Shown piece after piece: positions 8,006 to 18,375 of a stretch of DNA of 64,000 bases. The position numbers and the translations under genes are program-made. This stretch comes from Candidatus Omnitrophota bacterium (GTDB lineage Bacteria; Omnitrophota; Gorgyraeia; Zapsychrales; Fredricksoniimonadaceae). The notes beneath the pieces are model-generated. The model had not been told where the DNA came from. It did no database searches and was given only the letters and a program-made list of their open reading frames with translations. The stretch is taken from assembly GCA_903860135.1 (NCBI GenBank), contig CAIOPG010000004.1, positions 85,558-149,557 on the forward strand, given 5' to 3'. The first letter of the stretch is position 1. Every line of letters starts with the position of its first letter.

Positions 8006-10075
8006 CTATTTTACAGCAGGCGTCTGAACGCCCAAGAACGCCGACAAATTATCTAGTGAATGTATGCCAACAATAACAGGCGTTACACCAGCTGAATCAC
8101 GGTACTTTTCCAGGATCATCGGATCAAAATGGAAAAATTGCTCCGCATCAGAAGCATCCACCTGTACAACTTTTTCAACAGAATTAAAATCAATACCACC
8201 AGCATCAACATCTGCGAGCTGATGCGCCTTGATACTGCTAGGAATCCTCTTCAATGAAAGGTTCTCTGGCCACATTCCCTCGTATCCTTGCGCAAGATAA
8301 TTCAATAACATTTGCTGACTTGTAACAACGCTATCAAATTTTTCCATAAAAGAAACAGTCTTAGGAGAAACTGGATACCCACCTATTTGCCATCCTGGAA
8401 AGTTACTCTGCAACAATGTTTCCAAATATTGAAAAACAATCTTCATATGTCCGCGCAAGTCGCCTCCATCATTTTTTCCAAGAGAAACCAACTTGAAATG
8501 AATATTCTTATACTTCCGATCCTCAATGAAATAAAGAATAAATTGCTGTTCAGCTATTTTAATATCTTTAAAATCACGATGAAATATTGGTCCTTTTTTA
8601 ATAGCACTAATTGTATCAACAATAGTTAAATAATGCGTCCACTTTTTCGGCGCATCATGAATCACAAGATTTAACCCGACGAAGTCATTATCACTTAACA
8701 TTAGTTCTGTCACCTGACGCAATATCTCGCTTCGAAGATTATTAGAATCTGTTGCATTCTGTTCAATATCAATAATAGGAATTTCTTTCTCTTGATTCAT
8801 AGATATAAAAACATCCCAAACATGACTACGACTCAACAAAACATTAGCCATCACGCCATGCTTAAAAGTTATTGATACTGCATTATCTGCTGAAGTCACA
8901 TTGCCTAATTTAGCCTGAACCAACATCGTATTATCCGTCGTCAACCCAACGGCATCAATCTGAGCATTGTCAAAAGAGGTTTCTGTTAAATTAAAGCCCC
9001 CCGCAAAATACTTCCTTGGGATCGTTCCCTGGGTGACAGGATTGTATTCTTCACGAATGAAATTGTAAGTACCTTTCTTAAACGACTCAACATAGCGTGA
9101 CCAAATCTTTTCGGATTCTTTGGGGTCATCGATATTAACACCAGCAACTTTATTCTGGCCGACATAAAATCCAAGGGGTGATCCCTTGATTGATATCATG
9201 ATCTTTCTTTTATACCAAGCGGCAAGAATCAGAGAATTGTAGACCTGACGGAGCTTAGCGAAGTTTTGACCTTGATTAACTTCTTTTTCAAGGATGGGGA
9301 GAATAATGTCGCGGATGAGGGACTTGGAAAAATCTTCCCCCCTCCCATTCCCTCCCCACACGGGGGAGGGATCCGCTGTAGCTATGGTTAGCGGCAAATT
9401 GTTTTTCATGGCTAAATAATCGGACTCCAACATGACCCTGAGGTGAGCTTCGACCACATAGGCGACGGCTTCTTCGGGGCGATTGTTGTCAGCAGGTCTT
9501 GGCTTCTCGTAAACCTTGGCACGGACCGGAACAATCCATACTTTATTGAACGTATCAATTGGGATATCCGTCGTCCCATAACGCTTAAGTGCTTCGGCAT
9601 AAACTTTATCCCAGAATTCTTTCCCTACTTTTTCATCAGGATAAATTACTGATGCTGTTATCTGCTTGAGAATGTAATCTTGCGCCAACAGGTCACGCCC
9701 CATCTCTGTTTGGCCAAACGCCTCTGGGACAATCCTGTCTTGTTCATATGGGCTTAAATTGACCCACAAATCTTTTTCAGGAACAGTCAATGAAGCGAGA
9801 AAATACTTAATCAAACGCGTAGAATCAACCTTGACCTGCTCATCCGTTAATGGCGCATCCCCTTTATCCAGAATAAAATCAAATCGAAACGGGTCATTGC
9901 GATAAACCTTAATACCTTTCAGTAATGGAGGGGCAAAAGTATCGCTTAACGCTAATCGAGTGCCCGGCGCAGGCAATTGAACACCCTGCGCATAGACTGG
10001 GGGGCATACAAGGGGGAGCGTCAGGAATATGGCGGCACAACGCTTGAGCGCTGTGTTTTTAAACAAGGCGAGCAT
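8006..10075 (-). CDS. Large exported protein with conserved-looking N and C termini and an AT-rich central domain (Omnitrophota-type family)
   Basis: Start chosen at MLALFK (RBS AGGAG); signal peptide ending VYA-Q; N-domain DPFRFDFILD..LWVNLSPYE..GRDLLAQDYILKQ; C-terminal GGIDFN..G(V)TPVI. Confidence 0.75.
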   Translation of the reverse strand: MLALFKNTALKRCAAIFLTLPLVCPPVYAQGVQLPAPGTRLALSDTFAPPLLKGIKVYRNDPFRFDFILDKGDAPLTDEQVKVDSTRLIKYFLASLTVPEKDLWVNLSPYEQDRIVPEAFGQTEMGRDLLAQDYILKQITASVIYPDEKVGKEFWDKVYAEALKRYGTTDIPIDTFNKVWIVPVRAKVYEKPRPADNNRPEEAVAYVVEAHLRVMLESDYLAMKNNLPLTIATADPSPVWGGNGRGEDFSKSLIRDIILPILEKEVNQGQNFAKLRQVYNSLILAAWYKRKIMISIKGSPLGFYVGQNKVAGVNIDDPKESEKIWSRYVESFKKGTYNFIREEYNPVTQGTIPRKYFAGGFNLTETSFDNAQIDAVGLTTDNTMLVQAKLGNVTSADNAVSITFKHGVMANVLLSRSHVWDVFISMNQEKEIPIIDIEQNATDSNNLRSEILRQVTELMLSDNDFVGLNLVIHDAPKKWTHYLTIVDTISAIKKGPIFHRDFKDIKIAEQQFILYFIEDRKYKNIHFKLVSLGKNDGGDLRGHMKIVFQYLETLLQSNFPGWQIGGYPVSPKTVSFMEKFDSVVTSQQMLLNYLAQGYEGMWPENLSLKRIPSSIKAHQLADVDAGGIDFNSVEKVVQVDASDAEQFFHFDPMILEKYRDSAGVTPVIVGIHSLDNLSAFLGVQTPAVK

Positions 10076-10191
10076 GATAACTCCTGTAAATGTATCCACA
10101 CGGTTAATAACGGAATAAGTATAAACTATATTATTATATAAAACAAGCGACGGGATTTGAAGATTTGTCAATCCGAAGATGCGGCGAGGGC

Positions 10192-10665
10192 TTAGTGCGG
10201 GGGGAAGTTCCTGAAACGTTCCTGGGGCAATTTGCCGGAGAAACCCATCTGGTGCCAGAAATCCTGTTCCGTGATCATGCGCAGGGTTTGTTGAACCTCG
10301 CGCTCCTGAACCTTATCCATTGACGCCTGCTCCAGGCCAAAAAAATCGCCGTGCAGTCTTTTCTGAAGGTTTCTGGCCATTTCATCAGGATGGTCAAACC
10401 TGGCTTGCCTCAACTCCCGCCAGACTGACTGCGTCGCCTGTGTCATGCCGGTGCCCTGGGTCTTCAGGAAAGAGACCAGCAACAGCTGGCATGCCTTCAT
10501 GCCGTGCTCCCATCCGGACATGACCCTGACGGCTTTGTCCACCATCATCGCAACGGACCCGGTCTGATCAATGGACCTATCGCTGTTGAAAACACCTTTA
10601 TTATAAAAGGATACCCCCGCCAGGAGGATAGCGCTCACAACAAGGAATATAAGTATTTTTTTCAT
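10192..10665 (-). CDS. Hypothetical exported or membrane-anchored protein
   Basis: MKKILIFLVVSAILLAG signal/anchor; no family recognised. Confidence 0.6.
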   Translation of the reverse strand: MKKILIFLVVSAILLAGVSFYNKGVFNSDRSIDQTGSVAMMVDKAVRVMSGWEHGMKACQLLLVSFLKTQGTGMTQATQSVWRELRQARFDHPDEMARNLQKRLHGDFFGLEQASMDKVQEREVQQTLRMITEQDFWHQMGFSGKLPQERFRNFPPH

Positions 10666-10842
10666 TTTTACCTGGCCTTTCCTGTGGCAGAGCATTGCCC
10701 CGCGCCACACATCAACACGCCTCTTTAAACAAGCTTAGCATTTTTTGAACACAAAAAACACAGCGGCCAGGTAGATTGCGCGAAAGCAGCCATGTTCAAT
10801 AACTAGAATTACTACATATACCCGTTGGAATATTGACAATGG

Positions 10843-10851
10843 TGCTATAAT
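10843..10851 (+). promoter_or_regulatory. Extended -10 promoter of sulP
   Basis: TGCTATAAT 38 nt upstream of the ATG. Confidence 0.55.
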
Positions 10852-10889
10852 TTTTATCTCTTTCACAACTCACCCGAAAGTTACAGGCC

Positions 10890-12557
10890 ATGAAGAATAG
10901 AACATTTGAACCACAATTCATCACCGTTTTAAAAGAAGGCTACAGCCTTTCACGCTTTGCCAACGACCTCCTCGCCGGGATCATTGTCGGCATCGTGTCC
11001 CTGCCTTTGTCGATCGCCTTTGCCATTGCCTCGGGCGTCAAGCCGGAACAGGGGCTTATCACGGGGGTTATCGCGGGGTTTATTATTTCCGCCTTATCCG
11101 GCAGCCGCGTGCAGATCGGCGGCCCGACGGGCGCTTTCATCATCATCGTATTCGGAATCGTCCAGCAGTACGGCTACAACGGCCTTGCCATGGCGACTTT
11201 CATGGCCGGTGTTATGCTCATCATCATGGGCTTTGCGCGCCTGGGCGATGCCATCAAATACATCCCTTATCCTGTAACGGTGGGCTTCACCAGCGGGATC
11301 GCGCTCGTTATCTTCACCACCCAGATCCCCGACCTCTTCGGCCTGACGATCGCCAAAACACCGACGCATTTTGTGGATAAATGGGTCGCCTGTTTCCAGC
11401 ACCTGCCAACCACCAACTTCTTTGCGCTCGCCCTTGGCGCCATGACCATCCTTATTATCCTGGTATTCCCCAAGATCACATCGCGCGTCCCCGGCCCCAT
11501 TGTGGCGATCTTCGCGGCCACCGCCCTCGCCCAGGGCTTCCACCTGCCGGTGGACACCATTGCCAGCCGCTTCGGCGAAGTGCCCAACCGCTTTCCCGCG
11601 CCAGCGTTCCCGCACTTTACCATGGATGAATTCTCGAAACTTTTCCAGCCCGCACTGACAATCGCCCTGCTGGCCGGCATTGAATCCCTGCTTTCAGCGG
11701 TCGTGGCCGACGGCATGCTGGGTTCGCGCCACCGCTCCAACATGGAACTCGTCGGGCAAGGCGTGGCGAATCTTTTCTCGCCCCTCTTTGGCGGCATCCC
11801 CGCTACCGGCGCCATCGCACGCACGGCCACCAATATCAAGAACGGCGGACGCACCCCCGTTGCCGGCATCATCAGCGCGATCACGCTCCTGCTGATCTTC
11901 CTCTTCTGTGGCCAATGGGCCGGGCTCATCCCCATGTCCGCTCTCGCCGGGATCCTGATCGTGGTTGCCTATAACATGAGCGAGATCCACCTTTTCCAAC
12001 GCCTGCTCAAAAGCCAGCGGAGCGATATCCTTGTCCTTTTATTCACTTTCGGACTGACCGTCCTCGTTGACCTCACCGTCGCCATCGAGGTTGGCGTTGT
12101 CCTGGCCGCCTTCCTCTTCATGCATAATATGGCCAAGATGACAAACATATTTCTCGTCGAAGACGACACCAACGGCAGGCCCCACGAATACGACGGCGTC
12201 CCCAAGGGCGTTGAAATATTCGAGATCAATGGCCCCTTCTTTTTCGGCGCGGCCGACAAGTTCCGCGACACCATGGCCGAAATCGAAAAGATGCCGAAGG
12301 TCCTTATCCTTCAGATGCGCCACGTCCCGGCCATCGATGCCACCGCTGTCAGTGTGCTGGAAAGCCTTGTTGTCCAGGCCCACAAAGGCGGCACCCAGGT
12401 GATCTTTGCGGGGGTGAACAAACGTGTTTTTAAAGCCATGCGCCATACGGACCTCTTGGAACGCGTCGGCATAGAAAATATCCTGCCAGACGTAGAACTC
12501 GCCCTAGCCCAGGCTGTAGCCATCATTGATGCGGAAAAGGAAAAGAAGGGATCTTAA
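10890..12557 (+). CDS. sulP: SulP/SLC26 anion (sulfate/dicarboxylate) permease with STAS domain
   Basis: DLLAGIIVG, QIGGPTGAF, TGAIARTATN and C-terminal GPFFFGAA...IDAT STAS. Confidence 0.95.
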   Translation: MKNRTFEPQFITVLKEGYSLSRFANDLLAGIIVGIVSLPLSIAFAIASGVKPEQGLITGVIAGFIISALSGSRVQIGGPTGAFIIIVFGIVQQYGYNGLAMATFMAGVMLIIMGFARLGDAIKYIPYPVTVGFTSGIALVIFTTQIPDLFGLTIAKTPTHFVDKWVACFQHLPTTNFFALALGAMTILIILVFPKITSRVPGPIVAIFAATALAQGFHLPVDTIASRFGEVPNRFPAPAFPHFTMDEFSKLFQPALTIALLAGIESLLSAVVADGMLGSRHRSNMELVGQGVANLFSPLFGGIPATGAIARTATNIKNGGRTPVAGIISAITLLLIFLFCGQWAGLIPMSALAGILIVVAYNMSEIHLFQRLLKSQRSDILVLLFTFGLTVLVDLTVAIEVGVVLAAFLFMHNMAKMTNIFLVEDDTNGRPHEYDGVPKGVEIFEINGPFFFGAADKFRDTMAEIEKMPKVLILQMRHVPAIDATAVSVLESLVVQAHKGGTQVIFAGVNKRVFKAMRHTDLLERVGIENILPDVELALAQAVAIIDAEKEKKGS

Positions 12558-13132
12558 GCTGATTTGCTGGGGAGAAACCGGCGAGTCAGAACAACAATGC
12601 CCCACACCGCAAGCGCTGCGGCCAAAGCAATGATGGCGTACTTCGTATACTTCATTAAGAAAGCCCCGAACACCGCCAGCAGGTACAGCCGCGGCCCGAC
12701 ACCGATGAAGGTAAAAAGGATGAACGGGAAGAACGGGATGCGCGTGATGCCCGACGCGATCGAAAAGACCTTAAAAGGGATAATCGGAAGAAGCCGCCCC
12801 AGCAACACGCCCCACGCCCCGTGCTTCACCGCAAACGCCTCAGCTTTGGCCATCCGCGCCGGTGTAATGAAAACATACTTACCGAATTTAAGGACAACCG
12901 GCAACCCCGCATAACGCCCGATCGCATACCCGACGGCAGCCCCCAGCGTGGCCCCCAGCGACCCAAAGATAACAATCGCCGTCAACGGCAAGCCGATCGC
13001 CCCCGCCGCCGCCACAACAAGTTCCGACGGCAAAGGGAAAAACGACGATTCCAGGAACATGGCCGCGAAAATACCAAAGTCCCCGTAATGACCGATCAAG
13101 TCCATGATCTGTGGTGGCAAGGTGTGTGTCAT
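12554..13132 (-). CDS. DedA/SNARE-associated membrane protein
   Basis: FLESSFFPLPSE, GYAIGR and GRLLP. Confidence 0.92.
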   Translation of the reverse strand: MTHTLPPQIMDLIGHYGDFGIFAAMFLESSFFPLPSELVVAAAGAIGLPLTAIVIFGSLGATLGAAVGYAIGRYAGLPVVLKFGKYVFITPARMAKAEAFAVKHGAWGVLLGRLLPIIPFKVFSIASGITRIPFFPFILFTFIGVGPRLYLLAVFGAFLMKYTKYAIIALAAALAVWGIVVLTRRFLPSKSA

Positions 13133-13178
13133 AATGCGGGTAGATTAATAGGATGCCGCAAGAAAGGCAAGATGAAAG

Positions 13179-14459
13179 TCAGAATTCCTTGCGGTACTTG
13201 AGAAAAACGCGATCATCAGGAACGCGGCGCAAATCCGTATCCAGCGACAATGGCCCGCTGGAAAGGATCTCTTTCTGAGCGGCAATGATCACATGGGAAT
13301 TGAGGCGGTATTCGCTCTCGACCTTCTGCGTCAACTCACGCTGGTGCTGATCTCCCGCCGTGCCGATCTCGATCCCGTAACCGACATCAAGTTTTTCTGT
13401 CAAATTCTTGTTCAAGGTGACGCCCTGCACCGTACTATCCAGCTTATACGAAACCCCGGAAAGACCGAACATCCGGGCAATGCGCTCGCCTGATCCACCA
13501 AAAAAGAAATAATCCACAAAATCGCCGGCGAGTTCCGGCGTCATCTTCCGGGTGGTCACGGCCATATCGATCCCGTCCCAGCGCCGCCCGGTGGTCAGCA
13601 TCAGCAAAAGCTGTTCCTGGGGCAGTGGCGGATCCGACGTCAGGGTTATCTTCGGATCCTTGCGCTTGCCCCGCACCACAATATCGATGCGCGTGCGCGC
13701 GATCACGGCAGCCGCGTGAATATCAATTTCAGGGTCAAGGATATCGCCTGAAAATACCAGCCGGCTTTCGCCGAGTTCAACCAGGCACTGGGGTGATTTC
13801 AACCACCCCTGCTGCGCCGACAATTTACCATACGTTTCCCAGATTGTGCCGCGGCGCTTAAAGGAGAGGTCGCAAGTCACCGGCGTATCGTAAAGCAAGA
13901 ACCCGTTAAGCGGGATATGCCCGACCTCCAGAGCCCCCTTGACCACCGGCTCAAAGGCGCTCCCGCTAATGACAAGATCGATATTCCTCAGGTCGCCATG
14001 GATCAACGGCAGATTATTAAAACGCCGGATGATCGCTGTCAGCCAGGCGAGGTCAAGGCTTTTGGAATACGCGTTGGCCGCGTACTGCCCGGCGCGCAAG
14101 GCGGCATTGATGACAATGTTATCCGCCTGCGGGGTGATCAGGCGGGCATTGATAACACGGGCCTCAAGCCCTTCCCATGACGGCGCCGCCAGGCGCACAT
14201 CCAGTTCCTGCACACGGATCACGCCGGATTCCGGCAGAAAAATAAACCGGCTGGCTTCCACATTAAAGATCTGCACACCGCCGGTCAGCGAGCCCTCTAA
14301 TCGCTCGAAAACGACATATTCCATGCCCCAGGCACTCTTGACAACAAAACGGATCACGCTATCGGCTCCCCTGGTCGTAAAAAGGATATACGCCGCGTAC
14401 ACCGCGACACACATCATCAAGGTCAGGCCAAGGATAAAAATAAAACGCAGGGCTTTCAT
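13179..14459 (-). CDS. TamB/AsmA-like protein (DUF490-type C-terminus)
   Basis: N-terminal anchor TTRG; C-terminal DPEIDIHA...LTSDPPLPQEQLLLMLTTG...EYRLN. Confidence 0.7.
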   Translation of the reverse strand: MKALRFIFILGLTLMMCVAVYAAYILFTTRGADSVIRFVVKSAWGMEYVVFERLEGSLTGGVQIFNVEASRFIFLPESGVIRVQELDVRLAAPSWEGLEARVINARLITPQADNIVINAALRAGQYAANAYSKSLDLAWLTAIIRRFNNLPLIHGDLRNIDLVISGSAFEPVVKGALEVGHIPLNGFLLYDTPVTCDLSFKRRGTIWETYGKLSAQQGWLKSPQCLVELGESRLVFSGDILDPEIDIHAAAVIARTRIDIVVRGKRKDPKITLTSDPPLPQEQLLLMLTTGRRWDGIDMAVTTRKMTPELAGDFVDYFFFGGSGERIARMFGLSGVSYKLDSTVQGVTLNKNLTEKLDVGYGIEIGTAGDQHQRELTQKVESEYRLNSHVIIAAQKEILSSGPLSLDTDLRRVPDDRVFLKYRKEF

Positions 14460-14477
14460 GCAATCCTCCGGGCGCGG

Positions 14478-16034
14478 CTAATGCGCGGCAACGGCCGCAA
14501 TATGATATTTGGGACGGCGCAGAAAAAACAGAAAAGGAATGACCATGATCAATAGGATTGTACACAGATAAAACGTATCCACAAATGAAAAAAGACTCGC
14601 CTGCGCCACCGCCTTCTGATAGATCACAGCCTTGACCGCCAGGGGTGCCGCCGCATCCCCGATGCCCTGGATCTGCGGCAGGGCGGCAACCTGGGTCAGC
14701 GCGTACTGATACTGGGGATCGAACGGATTAGCCTGCTCCAGATACCGCGCCTGGTGATACTGCGCCCGGCGGGCAAGGATGGTTGTCACAAAAGCCACGC
14801 CGAAACTCCCGCCCAGATTGCGCAACAGATTATACACCGCGGCCGCGTTGCCCATTTCTTCCTTGGGCACACTCGATAAGGTCAGATTGGTGAGCGTGAT
14901 AAAGACAAGGCCCAGCCCGACCCCCATAACCACACGCGCCCATACCAAAAATTCAAAGGTGCTGTTTAAGGTAACCGCGGTGAGTATCCATGTGGAATAC
15001 GCCGACAGGCAAAGCCCGACGAACAAGATGATCTTGGGGCTTATCTTTGTCACCAGCTTCCCGACGATCGGCATGACAATGACCATGGAGATGCCGCCGG
15101 TAGCCAGTGCCAGCCCTGACAGGAACGCATTATAACCGAGCATCTTTTGCATAAAGACCGGCATGACCACGATCGTACCAAAGAGCACAAAAAACGTGAT
15201 GAACATAATGGCATTGCCTGAAGCAAAAGCCGTGTTGCGGAATACCCGCAAATTGACCACCGGCTCCTTGCCCCGAAGCTCCACAATGAAGAACAGGATC
15301 AGCGCCGCCGCCGAAATACCTGCCAGCCATACAATGAAGGTTGAGCTGAACCAGTCTTCCTGCTGGCCCTTGTCGAGCACGACCTGCAGGCAGCCCAGAC
15401 CAAGGCTCAGGAAAATAAGCCCCCAATAATCGATGCGGTTGAGGGAAATGCGTTTCAAATACGGCGGGTCCTTGATGAAATAGGAGATCAACGCCAGCGA
15501 AATGATGCCGATCGGGATATTAATAAAGAAGATCCAGTGCCACGACCAGTTGTCCGTGATCCACCCACCGAGGATCGGCCCCAGGATCGGCGCAAAGATA
15601 ACCCCGATCCCGAAAACCGCCATGGCCATCCCGTGTTCCTTGGGCGGGAATGTTTCCAGGAGGATCGTCTGCGAAATTGGCTGGAGCGCGCCGCCGCCCA
15701 GGCCCTGCAAGATGCGAAAAAATATCAAGCTGGAAAGGCTCCATGCCATCCCGCAGAAAAAAGAACTTACAGTGAAAAGTGCGATGGAAAAAAGCAGGTA
15801 GCGTTTACGCCCGAACACACGCGCCAGCCATCCGGTCAACGGGATGATGATCGCATTGGAAACAAGATAGGACGTGATGGCCCAGGTGGCTTCATCAACC
15901 CCGGCCGATAAACTGCCGCGGATATGGTCAAGCGCCACATTGACGACCGAAGTATCGACCACCTCGATGAATGTCGGGATGATCACCACCGCCGCGATGA
16001 TCCATTTATTAACAGGGCCGAAAGCCTGCGCCAC
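14478..16034 (-). CDS. emrB: DHA2-family MFS efflux permease (EmrB-like)
   Basis: DTSVVNVAL, RILQGLGGG, WIFFINIPIG and RNLGGSFG. Confidence 0.92.
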   Translation of the reverse strand: MAQAFGPVNKWIIAAVVIIPTFIEVVDTSVVNVALDHIRGSLSAGVDEATWAITSYLVSNAIIIPLTGWLARVFGRKRYLLFSIALFTVSSFFCGMAWSLSSLIFFRILQGLGGGALQPISQTILLETFPPKEHGMAMAVFGIGVIFAPILGPILGGWITDNWSWHWIFFINIPIGIISLALISYFIKDPPYLKRISLNRIDYWGLIFLSLGLGCLQVVLDKGQQEDWFSSTFIVWLAGISAAALILFFIVELRGKEPVVNLRVFRNTAFASGNAIMFITFFVLFGTIVVMPVFMQKMLGYNAFLSGLALATGGISMVIVMPIVGKLVTKISPKIILFVGLCLSAYSTWILTAVTLNSTFEFLVWARVVMGVGLGLVFITLTNLTLSSVPKEEMGNAAAVYNLLRNLGGSFGVAFVTTILARRAQYHQARYLEQANPFDPQYQYALTQVAALPQIQGIGDAAAPLAVKAVIYQKAVAQASLFSFVDTFYLCTILLIMVIPFLFFLRRPKYHIAAVAAH

Positions 16035-16037
16035 CGC

Positions 16038-17039
16038 TCAGTCCCCCTTGATCCGGATCCTGGCAATGACCGACATCCCCACCCGCAGGCGATGTTCCGG
16101 ATCTTCTGCTTTCTCGAGCGTGATCCTGACCGGGATGCGCTGAACAACCTTCACATAATTCCCCAGGGCATTTTCCGGAGGAAAGAGCGAAAAAGCTGAA
16201 CCTGTACCGGCCATCAGGCTTTCCACCTTGCCCCTGAAGTCATGCCCGGGATAAGTGTCCACCTTGATCAAAACGTCCTGCCCCGGATGCACCCGTTCGA
16301 GCTGGGTTTCCTTATAATTGGCCAACACCCAGACATCGTCGAGCGCCACCACCGCCATCAGGGGTTGTCCAGGCTGGATCATGTTGCCGGTTTCGACAGC
16401 TTTCTTGGTGACATACCCGTCGGCCGGAGCCGTGATGCGGGTATACCCGAGATTCAGGCGGGCGGCTTCTAAGGCTGACTTGCGGGTAACCACCAGTGCT
16501 TCCTCCAGCTCACGCGCCGCGCGCGCCTGGGTTTCACCCTCGCCGGCCGCCACCATCTCGGCCCGCGCCAGGTCAACAGCTGTGACGGCCTTTTCCAACC
16601 TTTCTTTCGACAGGACGCCCTGGGAAAAAAGGCGCCCGGCACGCATCTTGTCAAGAATGGCCTGACGGCAAGCCACCGATTTAACGGTCAAAAAAGCCCG
16701 CGCCGCCTTGATCTTCGCCTTGGCTTCGGTCAAGCGCGCTTCTTCCGCTTTGAGCACCGCCACGGCTTCACGGACCCGGACATCATAATCCGGCGTATCG
16801 ATCTCGACCAGGGTGTCGCCTTTTTTAACCGGCTGATTCTCGCGCACACAAACACGGCCAACCATCCCCCCCACCTTCGCAGACACCGCATGCACCCGGC
16901 CATCCACATAAGCATCATCGGTCGTCACATACCCGGCACTTGAAACAGCATGGAACACACCGGCGGCAACCGCCGCCGCAAGGATAATGCCGCCAGCGAT
17001 CCCGACAGCCGTCTTACCGAACCTATTCCGATTGCCCAT
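16038..17039 (-). CDS. emrA: HlyD/EmrA membrane fusion protein
   Basis: TDDAYV, ANYKETQL and PENALGNYVKVVQRIPVRI; start at MGNRN (RBS GAGG). Confidence 0.92.
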   Translation of the reverse strand: MGNRNRFGKTAVGIAGGIILAAAVAAGVFHAVSSAGYVTTDDAYVDGRVHAVSAKVGGMVGRVCVRENQPVKKGDTLVEIDTPDYDVRVREAVAVLKAEEARLTEAKAKIKAARAFLTVKSVACRQAILDKMRAGRLFSQGVLSKERLEKAVTAVDLARAEMVAAGEGETQARAARELEEALVVTRKSALEAARLNLGYTRITAPADGYVTKKAVETGNMIQPGQPLMAVVALDDVWVLANYKETQLERVHPGQDVLIKVDTYPGHDFRGKVESLMAGTGSAFSLFPPENALGNYVKVVQRIPVRITLEKAEDPEHRLRVGMSVIARIRIKGD

Positions 17040-18375
17040 AAACATCCTCTCTGTCCGAATATTCCTGCGCCAGATCCATCCCCGTGGCATCCATGAACCG
17101 CGCACGCGCGCGCCTGAATTCATAACGCGCGCGCCACAATTCCGTTTCTGCTCCCGTACGCAACGCCAAAGCATCAAGAACTTCCGACGATGTCCCGGCG
17201 CCTTCGTGATAACGGGTCTCGGTCACGCGCACATTTTCCTGCGCTTGGGCTACAGATGAACGGGCCAGCGCCACACGCTCGCCGGCATTGCCCATCGCCA
17301 CCATGGCTGTTTCCGTCTCGCACCGGACCTGATCCTCAAGCCTGGCGCGCTCAAGCCTGGCGCGTTCTTTTTCCTGACGGGCACTTTCAGCCCTTGCCCG
17401 CGTCAATCCCCCGTTAAAAATACTGAGCTTGACGCCCGCCTGCCCCTGCCAGTTATCATCACGCGCCTGATAACGGTTGTCCGCCCGGGTATAAGCTCCG
17501 TCAACAAAAAATACCGGCCGGTCAGCGGCCTTTGAAAATTCTTCCCGCCATTCCGCCGCACGGACAGCCTTGTCCATGGCGCGCAGTTCCGGTCGGCGCA
17601 ACAAGGCAAATTCAAAAGCCCTTTTCAGGTCGAATACCGGGCAAGCCGGCGGACGCGGATCTTCCAGGATAAAAGCCTCCCCATCGTGGGAAGACAAAGC
17701 CTGCCTCAGGCGTGCCGACGCTGTCCTGTGCGCATTGCGGGCACCGACAAGCCCCTGCCGCGCCTCGTTGAAACGCACCTTGACTGTCAACAGATCGCCG
17801 CGCGTCACCACCCCTTCACGGTAAAGCACCGTCACGTCGCGGGCATGACGGGCGAGGCTGGCCAGCTGTTCCCGGGCCACAACGATCATGCGCTCCGCTT
17901 CAAGGACATCAAAATACGCTGTGATAACCGCCAGCACCGCCTTATTCCGACTACGGGCGACCTCATCGCGCGCACCCTCTGCCGCAAACTGCGCGGCCTT
18001 ATAACGGGCCTGCGTTGCTCCAAAATCAAAAAGAACCTGGTGAACATCAACCCCGTACGCATTGAAAGATCTCTCGGCTGTAAGAATTTTTGTCCCGCTA
18101 GCCAGCGATGCCGGCTGATAAGCGTAATAATGGCGAGAAGCACCAGCAGATACCTGCGGGAAAAATGCCGCGCGCTCCGCCAGTACCTGCGCCCGGGCAG
18201 ACAAATGCGCGGCTCCGGCGATACGCACCTCACGCCCCTCGCCCGCCACCCGCGCCACCGCCGCCTCCAACGTCAAGGCATGCCCCGCCCAAGCCTTTTC
18301 CGATGACACAAGCAGGACAACAAGCACTCCCAGCACACACAACAAATGGCGCATCTTGCTCCTCTTGAATGTCAA
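17023..18375 (-). CDS. TolC-family outer membrane efflux protein
   Basis: Signal peptide, two OEP repeats (LFDFG.., YFDVL, IFNGG, RYHEG); operon with emrAB. Confidence 0.88.
   Translation of the reverse strand: MTFKRSKMRHLLCVLGVLVVLLVSSEKAWAGHALTLEAAVARVAGEGREVRIAGAAHLSARAQVLAERAAFFPQVSAGASRHYYAYQPASLASGTKILTAERSFNAYGVDVHQVLFDFGATQARYKAAQFAAEGARDEVARSRNKAVLAVITAYFDVLEAERMIVVAREQLASLARHARDVTVLYREGVVTRGDLLTVKVRFNEARQGLVGARNAHRTASARLRQALSSHDGEAFILEDPRPPACPVFDLKRAFEFALLRRPELRAMDKAVRAAEWREEFSKAADRPVFFVDGAYTRADNRYQARDDNWQGQAGVKLSIFNGGLTRARAESARQEKERARLERARLEDQVRCETETAMVAMGNAGERVALARSSVAQAQENVRVTETRYHEGAGTSSEVLDALALRTGAETELWRARYEFRRARARFMDATGMDLAQEYSDREDVYGQSE

Noticed and set aside
10833-10851. 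Consensus TTGACA + TATAAT promoter for sulP
   Set aside because: The two boxes are only about 7 nt apart; only the extended -10 is retained.
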